The translations under genes were made by a program, and so were the position numbers. A stretch of 29,177 nt of DNA from Acidimicrobiia bacterium. Lineage in GTDB: Bacteria > Actinomycetota > Acidimicrobiia > IMCC26256 > DASPTH01. The stretch is from positions 1 through 29,177 of the forward strand of contig DASUMF010000438.1 of the NCBI GenBank assembly GCA_036277835.1, given 5' to 3'. Below the pieces are notes generated by a model. The model saw only the letters and a list, made by a program, of their open reading frames with translations. It made no database searches and was not told the origin of the DNA. The stretch's first letter is position 1. Each line of letters begins with the position of its first letter. Shown here piece after piece: positions 1-6,406 of the stretch.

Positions 1-429
1 CTCGTGTTCGCGACGCGCGCGCCGGGCGAGCAGGGCTTCGACGACCTCGTGCCGCTCGTCGCGTTCGGCGCGAGTCCCCGTGCCACGCTCGGCCTGGTGG
101 CGGGTGCGCGCGCGCTGGCGCTCATCCGCGGCCGCACGTACGTGCTCCCCCAGGACGTGTACGACATCGCCCCCGAGGTGCTCCGCCACCGCATCGTGCT
201 CAGCTACGAGGCGCTGGCCGACGGCGTCGAAGCCGACCACGTCGTGGACCGCATCGTGACCGCGCTGCCGATCCCGCGCATCACGCCCGGGCAGGAGCGC
301 GATCCCGGTACCCGTCCGGTCGGCGCCGACAACTCGGACCTCGGCTCGCCGGACCTCGGCTCGCCGGAGCTCGGTGCGGCCGCGGCGCAGCCGGCGCCCG
401 GGGACGACGAGGCGCAGCGCTCCGCGTGA
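1..429 (+). CDS. moxR: MoxR-family AAA+ ATPase, C-terminal lid region (5' partial, runs off window start)
   Basis: GASPRA..L...ARALALIRGR.YVLPQDV..IAPEVLRHRI is the MoxR C-terminal lid signature; directly followed by DUF58 and VWA genes, the standard MoxR triad. Confidence 0.9.
   Translation, partial: LVFATRAPGEQGFDDLVPLVAFGASPRATLGLVAGARALALIRGRTYVLPQDVYDIAPEVLRHRIVLSYEALADGVEADHVVDRIVTALPIPRITPGQERDPGTRPVGADNSDLGSPDLGSPELGAAAAQPAPGDDEAQRSA
335..374 (+). repeat. 15-bp tandem repeat (~2.7 copies) in the moxR 3' end
   Basis: CGGACCTCGGCTCGC at 335-349 and 350-364, partial CGGAGCTCGG at 365-374; encodes SDLGSPDLGSPELG. Confidence 0.9.
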
Positions 430-1400
430 GCATGGCGACGTCAACGGCGGGCCCGCTCTCCGTCGATCGGGCCGAGCAGGGGCTTCGACGCCTCGAGCTC
501 GACGTGTACCGCCGCCTCGACGGGATGCTCCAGGGCGATCACCTGGGACTGGTCCCGGCGCCGGGGACCGAGCTGGGCGAGAGCCGCGAGTACCGCGTCG
601 GCGACGACGTGCGCCGCATCGACTGGCCGGTGACCGCTCGCACGACCGTGCCGCACGTGCGCGACACGATCGCCGACCGGGAGCTCGAGACCTGGGTGGT
701 CGTCGACCGCACCGCGAGCCTCGACTTCGGCACAGCCCAGTGCGAGAAGCGCGACATCGCGCTCGCGTCGGTCGCGGCGGTGGGCTTCCTCACCAATCGC
801 GTCGGGAATCGCCTCGGTGCCGTGGTGCTGTCGAGCAGTGGCACCACGGTGATCCCCGCCCGCGGTGGCCGGAACAACGCGTTCGCACTCCTGCGCCGCA
901 TCGACTCGGTCCCGCGTGCCGACGACTCGCGCACGCCGGCCGCCGATCTCGGTGACGCGCTGCAGCGCGCCGGCCACATGGCGCGCCGGCGTGGTCGGGT
1001 GGTCGTCGTCTCCGACTTCCTCGCGCGCGACGACTGGGCGCGTCCCCTCCGTGTGTTGTCGGCGCGTCACGACGTGCTCGCCATCGAGGTCGTCGACCCG
1101 CGCGAGCTCGAGCTTCCGCCCGTTGGACTCGTGACGCTCGTCGACACCGAGACCGGGCGCCGCGTCGAGGTGCAGACGGCGAGCGAGAAGGTGCGAGCGC
1201 GGTTCGCGGCAGCCGCGGCCGCGCAACGCGCCGACATCGCGGCGATGGTCAAGGGTGCCGGCGCCGAGCACCTCGTGCTACGCACCGATCGCGACTGGCT
1301 GCTCGACATCGTGCGCTACGTCGACGGCCGGCGTCGGCGCCGCGCCGGCCGCGCGGCGCCGCGTCACCGTCTGCGCGCGACCACGCCGGTGTCGTCGTGA
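426..1400 (+). CDS. DUF58 domain protein (MoxR partner)
   Basis: GDDVRRIDW..TAR, VVVDRTASLDFG and VVVSDF motifs; GTGA overlap with the moxR stop (alternative ATG at 432). Confidence 0.9.
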   Translation: MSMATSTAGPLSVDRAEQGLRRLELDVYRRLDGMLQGDHLGLVPAPGTELGESREYRVGDDVRRIDWPVTARTTVPHVRDTIADRELETWVVVDRTASLDFGTAQCEKRDIALASVAAVGFLTNRVGNRLGAVVLSSSGTTVIPARGGRNNAFALLRRIDSVPRADDSRTPAADLGDALQRAGHMARRRGRVVVVSDFLARDDWARPLRVLSARHDVLAIEVVDPRELELPPVGLVTLVDTETGRRVEVQTASEKVRARFAAAAAAQRADIAAMVKGAGAEHLVLRTDRDWLLDIVRYVDGRRRRRAGRAAPRHRLRATTPVSS

Positions 1401-2341
1401 AGTTCCTCTCGGGGGAGCGGCTCTGGCTGCTGTTGCTCGTCGTCGCGCTGTTGGTGGGCTACGTCGTCGTGCAACGCCAACGTCGCCCGTACGCCGTGCG
1501 CTTCTCCAACGTCGATCTCCTGGCCTCGGTGGTGCCCCGGCACCCGAGCTGGCGGCGACACCTCGCAGCCGCGGCATCGCTGCTCGCGCTCACGCTGCTC
1601 GTGCTCGCGTTCGCGCGCCCAGCCCGCACGATCCAGGTGCCGCGCGAGACCGCCACGGTGATGCTGGCCGTCGACGTGTCACGGTCGATGAAGGCGACCG
1701 ATGTCGACCCGACCCGTCTGCGCGCCGCGCAGCGATCCGTGGAGACGTTCGTGAAGACACTGCCGCGGCGGTTCCGCCTCGGTCTCGTGCTCTTCGCGGG
1801 CTCGGTCGAGGTTGCGGTGCCGCCCACGCACCAACGCGCGCGGGTGAGCGCAGCGGTGAAGAACATCGAGCTCCAGCCCTCCACCGCGATCGGTGACGCG
1901 ATCTTCGCCTCCCTCGATTCCATCAAGGCGACGCCGAGCGACGGCGGGAAGACACCGCCGGCGCGCATCGTGCTGCTCTCCGACGGCAGCACGAACGCGG
2001 GCCGTCCGAACGAGCAGGCGGTGGCCGCCGCGCGGCGGGCGGACGTCCAGGTGTCGACCATCGCGTTCGGCACCGACAGCGGCTCGATCCTGCTCGACGG
2101 CGTGCACGAAGCAGTGCCCGTGAACCGCGAGGCGCTGCGCGACATCGCGCGCGACACGGGAGGGCGCTACGCCGAGGCGGTCACGGAGCAGGGGCTCCGC
2201 CAGACCTACGAGGACATCGGCAGCCGGCTGGCGAGCCGACCCGAGTTCCGATCGATCACGATGTGGTTCGTCGGTGCCGGCATCGTCTTCGCCTTTGCCG
2301 CGGCCGCCGGGTCGCTGGTGTGGACCTCGCGTCTTCCTTGA
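1397..2341 (+). CDS. Membrane-anchored VWA domain protein (MoxR triad)
   Basis: MIDAS elements DVSRS, TAIGD, LLSDG; hydrophobic segments at both N- and C-termini; GTGA overlap with DUF58. Confidence 0.9.
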   Translation: MKFLSGERLWLLLLVVALLVGYVVVQRQRRPYAVRFSNVDLLASVVPRHPSWRRHLAAAASLLALTLLVLAFARPARTIQVPRETATVMLAVDVSRSMKATDVDPTRLRAAQRSVETFVKTLPRRFRLGLVLFAGSVEVAVPPTHQRARVSAAVKNIELQPSTAIGDAIFASLDSIKATPSDGGKTPPARIVLLSDGSTNAGRPNEQAVAAARRADVQVSTIAFGTDSGSILLDGVHEAVPVNREALRDIARDTGGRYAEAVTEQGLRQTYEDIGSRLASRPEFRSITMWFVGAGIVFAFAAAAGSLVWTSRLP

Positions 2342-2374
2342 GGCCGTCTTCCTCGAGGCCGTCTTCCTTGCGGG
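2330..2374 (+). repeat. 15-bp tandem triplication spanning the VWA stop codon
   Basis: CGTCTTCCTTGAGGC / CGTCTTCCTCGAGGC / CGTCTTCCTTGCGGG. Confidence 0.85.
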
Positions 2375-2474
2375 GGTGCCGTCGGTCACACGGCGGGGCC
2401 GCGTCGGGCTTTCCCGTCAAGTCCACGCACGCCGGCGTCGACAGACCGCTGAGCGAGAAGAGCGGGAGGGGCGC

Positions 2475-2825
2475 ATGCGCTACGTCAGCGGTGGAGCGTT
2501 CGTGGAACCGGGTGCCATGTTCTCGTGCTCCGTGTCGCGGGTCGACGACCACGTCACGGTCGGCGTCATCGGCGAGATCGACCAGGCCGCCGCCGGCCAG
2601 TTCCGCAACCACCTCCTGACGCTCGCCAAGGAGCACCCGGCGGTGATCGCGATCGACCTCACCGGCGTCTCGTTGCCCGACAGCGCGTGCGTCGCCGTCC
2701 TCGTCGAGGCGTGGCGCTTCGCGCAGGACCACGGAATCGAGCTCACCGTGCGGTCTCCGTCGGACGCGATCACGAGGGCGTTCGACGTGAGCGCCTCGGG
2801 TCGGCTCCTCACGTTGCGCACCTGA
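2475..2825 (+). CDS. STAS-domain anti-sigma factor antagonist
   Basis: V.GEID..A, IDLTGVSLPDSA (canonical DLSGV.FMDS), EL.VRSPS.AI.RAF; GGGAGG RBS before ATG 2475 (alternative ATG 2517); the ORF track start at 2274 is too far upstream. Confidence 0.8.
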   Translation: MRYVSGGAFVEPGAMFSCSVSRVDDHVTVGVIGEIDQAAAGQFRNHLLTLAKEHPAVIAIDLTGVSLPDSACVAVLVEAWRFAQDHGIELTVRSPSDAITRAFDVSASGRLLTLRT

Positions 2826-2889
2826 CGACCCGGCGGTAACTTTTCGCTGGTCGCGAGCGACCACTCCCCACATCCGAAATCGGACATCC

Positions 2890-2913
2890 GCGCGCGCCCG
2901 CTCGGGCGCGCGC
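2890..2913. terminator. Perfect 10-bp GC hairpin between the STAS and ycnI genes
   Basis: GCGCGCGCCC-GCTC-GGGCGCGCGC; no U-tract, so the terminator role is uncertain. Confidence 0.45.
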
Positions 2914-2941
2914 CCCGTCGAGCAGGGGAGCAGCGAGCACG

Positions 2942-3502
2942 ATGACCAGGAACGCGGGGCGGCTCGGAGTGGTGACGGTCGTGGTGGCGCTCGGGCTGGC
3001 GCTGGTCGGCGGCGGGGTCGCGAGCGCCCACGTGACGGTGAAGCCGTCGTCGGCACCCGGTGGAGGCTTCGAGGTCATCAGCTTCAACGTGCCGAACGAG
3101 AAGGACGACGCCGACACGGTGAAGCTCGAGGTGGAGATCCCCACCAAGAACCCGATCGCGTTCGTGAGCGTGCAGCCGATGACCGGGTGGACGATCGCCG
3201 TCGAGAAGACGACGCTCGCCAAGCCGGTGAAGGCCGAAGGCGGTGAGATCACCGAAGCGGTGAGCAAGATCACCTGGACCGCGACCGCGGGTGGGCTCGA
3301 GCCCGGCCAGTTCGACCTGTTCACGATCTCGGCCGGGCCGCTGCCGACCAAGGTCAAGAAGCTCGAGTTCAAGGCGCTGCAGACCTACAGCGACGGCGAG
3401 GTCGTGCGCTGGATCCAGCCCACCGTGAAGGGGGCGCCCGAGCCGGAGAACCCGGTGCCGACGCTGACGATCACCAAGGCCGGAAGCAGCGACCACCACT
3501 AG
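2942..3502 (+). CDS. ycnI: YcnI/DUF1775 family copper-binding secreted protein
   Basis: Signal peptide ending ASA|HVTV; F.VPNE, ITW, PGQFD.F, FKALQTYSDGEVVRWI, PEPENP.P motifs. Confidence 0.85.
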   Translation: MTRNAGRLGVVTVVVALGLALVGGGVASAHVTVKPSSAPGGGFEVISFNVPNEKDDADTVKLEVEIPTKNPIAFVSVQPMTGWTIAVEKTTLAKPVKAEGGEITEAVSKITWTATAGGLEPGQFDLFTISAGPLPTKVKKLEFKALQTYSDGEVVRWIQPTVKGAPEPENPVPTLTITKAGSSDHH

Positions 3503-3527
3503 CGGAGACGGCCTGGCATCTAGGCGA

Positions 3528-3533
3528 TACGTT
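3528..3533 (+). promoter_or_regulatory. -10 hexamer TACGTT, leaderless-type, for epoxide hydrolase 1
   Basis: TANNNT exactly 6 nt before ATG 3540; no clear SD. Confidence 0.55.
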
Positions 3534-3539
3534 GCCGCG

Positions 3540-4679
3540 ATGAGCGACGACGTGACCCCGTTCCAGGTCCGGTTCGACGACGCGGAGGTGCGCGACCTCC
3601 GGGACCGGTTGGCGCGCACCCGGTGGCCCGATGCGGAGGTGGTCGACGACTGGTCCCAGGGTCTGCCGCTCGCGTACGCGCAGGAGCTGTGCGCGTACTG
3701 GCGTGACCAGTACGACGTCGCGGCTGCGGAGCAGCGGCTGAACCGGTTCGCGCAGTTCCGCACCCAGGTCGACGGGCTCGGCATCCACTTCGTGCACGTC
3801 ACCTCGCCACACCCCGAGGCGCTGCCGTTGGTGCTCACGCACGGGTGGCCGGGCTCCGTGGTCGAGTTCTGGAAGGTGATCGACGAGCTCATCGACCCGA
3901 CCGCCCACGGCGGCGACGCGGCCGACGCGTTCCACGTGGTGTGCCCCTCGTTGCCCGGCTACGGCTTCAGCGACAAGCCGACCGAGCCGGGCTGGGGTGT
4001 CGAGCGCATCGCCGCGGCATGGGCTGCGCTCATGGCGAGGCTCGGGTACGACCGCTACGGCGCGCAAGGCGGCGACTGGGGCACGTTCGTGACCACCACG
4101 ATCGCCCAGCAGGACCCCGAGCACGTCGTCGGCATCCACCTGCAACTCCCCATCGCGAACCTGCTCCCCGAGATGCTCGCCGACCTCACGCCGGCCGAGA
4201 CCGCCTCGCTCGAGGCGAGCGCGGAGCACGCGACCTGGGGCACCGGGTACTCCACGCAGCAGCAGACGCGCCCGCAGACCCTCGGCTACGGGCTGGCCGA
4301 CTCACCGGCCGCGCAGTGCGCGTGGATCGTCGAGAAGTTCTGGGCCTGGACCGACAACGAAGGCCACCCGGAGGACGCGGTGTCGCGCGACGACCTCCTC
4401 GACAACGTGATGCTCTACTGGATGCCGAACAACGGCACGTCGTCGGCGCGCCTCTACTGGGAGAGCCTGCGCAACCGCGACACGAGCCCCGTGACGGTGC
4501 CGACGGGCTGCTCGGTGTTCCCGAAGGAGATCGTGCGCTTCTCGCGCCGGTGGGCCGAGACGCGCTTCACCGACATCCGCTTCTGGAACGAGCCCGACCG
4601 CGGCGGTCACTTCGCCGCGTTCGAGGAGCCCGACCTGTTCGTGGCCGACGTGCGGGCGGCCTTCCGCACGATGCGCTGA
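3540..4679 (+). CDS. Epoxide hydrolase (alpha/beta, EHN N-terminal domain), paralog 1
   Basis: L..RL.RTRWP, HGWPGS, nucleophile GGDWG, RLYWE tyrosine, FPKE acid, GGHFAAFE catalytic His. Confidence 0.92.
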   Translation: MSDDVTPFQVRFDDAEVRDLRDRLARTRWPDAEVVDDWSQGLPLAYAQELCAYWRDQYDVAAAEQRLNRFAQFRTQVDGLGIHFVHVTSPHPEALPLVLTHGWPGSVVEFWKVIDELIDPTAHGGDAADAFHVVCPSLPGYGFSDKPTEPGWGVERIAAAWAALMARLGYDRYGAQGGDWGTFVTTTIAQQDPEHVVGIHLQLPIANLLPEMLADLTPAETASLEASAEHATWGTGYSTQQQTRPQTLGYGLADSPAAQCAWIVEKFWAWTDNEGHPEDAVSRDDLLDNVMLYWMPNNGTSSARLYWESLRNRDTSPVTVPTGCSVFPKEIVRFSRRWAETRFTDIRFWNEPDRGGHFAAFEEPDLFVADVRAAFRTMR

Positions 4680-4688
4680 GCGCACCGG

Positions 4689-5918
4689 TCAGGCGGTGAC
4701 CTTCTCCAGGATGTGCACCGCGCACGTGGAGCCGAGGCCGATCACGTGCGTCATGCCGACCTTCGCACCCTCGATCTGACGGTCGCCGGCCTCGCCGCGG
4801 AGGTGCATCGACACCTCGACCATGTTCGCGGCGCCGGTGCACCCGATCGGGTGGCCCTTCGACACGAGGCCGCCCGACACGTTGACCGGGATCTTGCCGT
4901 CGCGGTACGGGGAGCCCTCGTCGATGAACTTGCCGGCCATGCCGGGCTCGCAGAGGCGCAGGTTGTCGTAGTGCACGAGCTCCGCGGTGGCGAAGCAGTC
5001 GTGCAGCTCCACGAGGTCGAGGTCCTGCGGGTCGACACCCGAGTCCTCGTAGGCGCGGTCGGCGGCCGTACGGGTGAGGGTGTTCACGTCGGGCGCGGAC
5101 GGCGACATGTTGTCTTCGTTGTACGGGTCGCTGTAGAGCGCCGACGCGCTGATCTTGACCGCGCGCTTGCGGACGTCGTCGGGGAGGGTCTTCAGCTTGT
5201 CGCCGCTCACCAGCACCAGCGCGGCCGCGCCGTCGCCCGTGGGACCGCACATCGGCAGCGTGTTGGGCCACGCGATGATGTCGGCCTCCATGACCTCCTC
5301 GAGTGTGAACACCCGGCGGTACTGCGCGTACGGGTTCAGCGCCGAGTGCTCGTGGCTCTTGACCGCGACCTTGGCGAACTGCTCGAAGCCGACGCCCTCG
5401 TTGTTGCGGGCGTACTCCATGCCGATCTCGGCGAACGTGCCGGGCATGGTGTTGGTGCCGAGGATGCCCTCGGTCATCACGGGCACCTTGCCGGGCTCGA
5501 ACACCTTCTTCGGCCGCTCGCCGCCCTGCGCGGCCATCCGGGCGGCCATGTCGGCCTGCCCGGGCACGGTCATGCCGCCCTTGCCCATCTTCTCGTAGCC
5601 GAGCGCGAGCCCGACGTCGGCGATCCCGGCCTTGATCTCCATGAACGGCACGCGCACCGCCATGGCGCCCGTGGCGCACGCGTTGGTGACGTTGTAGATC
5701 GGCACGCCCGGGTTGCCGAGCTCGTTGATGATGCGCTGGCCGGAGCCGTTCTCGAACAGCGAGCCGCACCCGAACACCTGCATGTCCTTCATCGACAGCT
5801 GGGCGTCGGCGAGTGCCGCGAGGATCATCTCGGTGCCCATCTGCAGCGAGGACTTCTCGGGGAAGCGGCCGAAGGGGTGCATGGCCACTCCGACGATGTA
5901 GACGTCTTGTCCGGTCAC
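4689..5918 (-). CDS. SCP2/SCPx-type thiolase (lipid-transfer protein family)
   Basis: IVGV.MHPFG, NVTNACATG (Cys), ELHDCF, SKGHPIG.TG; AGGAG RBS before GTG. Confidence 0.9.
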   Translation of the reverse strand: MTGQDVYIVGVAMHPFGRFPEKSSLQMGTEMILAALADAQLSMKDMQVFGCGSLFENGSGQRIINELGNPGVPIYNVTNACATGAMAVRVPFMEIKAGIADVGLALGYEKMGKGGMTVPGQADMAARMAAQGGERPKKVFEPGKVPVMTEGILGTNTMPGTFAEIGMEYARNNEGVGFEQFAKVAVKSHEHSALNPYAQYRRVFTLEEVMEADIIAWPNTLPMCGPTGDGAAALVLVSGDKLKTLPDDVRKRAVKISASALYSDPYNEDNMSPSAPDVNTLTRTAADRAYEDSGVDPQDLDLVELHDCFATAELVHYDNLRLCEPGMAGKFIDEGSPYRDGKIPVNVSGGLVSKGHPIGCTGAANMVEVSMHLRGEAGDRQIEGAKVGMTHVIGLGSTCAVHILEKVTA

Positions 5919-5936
5919 GGTGAGCTCCTGCTCTTC

Positions 5937-6332
5937 TCAGACGGTCTCGAAGCCGAACGCGACGGCTTCGTTGCCCTCGTCGTCGGTGTCGACGGTGTAG
6001 GTGACGAGCCGGACCGGCGCGCCCAGCTTGTTGTTCTCGAAGTTGTCGAGATCGCCGTTCACGAGGTTGGCCTTGACGTTGCCGCCCCCGTCGAAGTCGA
6101 CGATCGCAGAGATGAAGCCGTTGCCGACCGCGCCCCGCTTGACCACCGAGAACGCCCGGAGGGTTCCCTGCGTCGACAGCTTCTTGGGTGCGAACGGGCC
6201 GGGCGTGTAGCACCGACCGCACTGGATGGGAGTTCGATAGGTGAGCGCGCCGCAGTTCTGGCACTCCATGGCCTGGAGGTGCGGTTCGCCGTCATCGAGG
6301 ACGAGGTAGTTCACGATCGGGATCTTCGACAT
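5937..6332 (-). CDS. DUF35 Zn-ribbon/OB-fold acyl-CoA-binding protein
   Basis: CQNCG...CGRC zinc ribbon followed by an OB-fold (GTLRAFSVV, AIVDFDGG); ATG 6332; adjacent to the thiolase. Confidence 0.9.
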   Translation of the reverse strand: MSKIPIVNYLVLDDGEPHLQAMECQNCGALTYRTPIQCGRCYTPGPFAPKKLSTQGTLRAFSVVKRGAVGNGFISAIVDFDGGGNVKANLVNGDLDNFENNKLGAPVRLVTYTVDTDDEGNEAVAFGFETV

Positions 6333-6338
6333 GGCGAG

Positions 6339-6344
6339 AGTGTG
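6339..6344 (-). promoter_or_regulatory. -10-like hexamer CACACT, leaderless-type, for DUF35-thiolase
   Basis: CANNNT exactly 6 nt before ATG 6332; no SD. Confidence 0.45.
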
Positions 6345-6406
6345 GCACGCCGCGCTCGTGGTGCGCCGATCGGACCCGCGCGTGCGTCCGGGGTCGTGGC
6401 CGGCGA

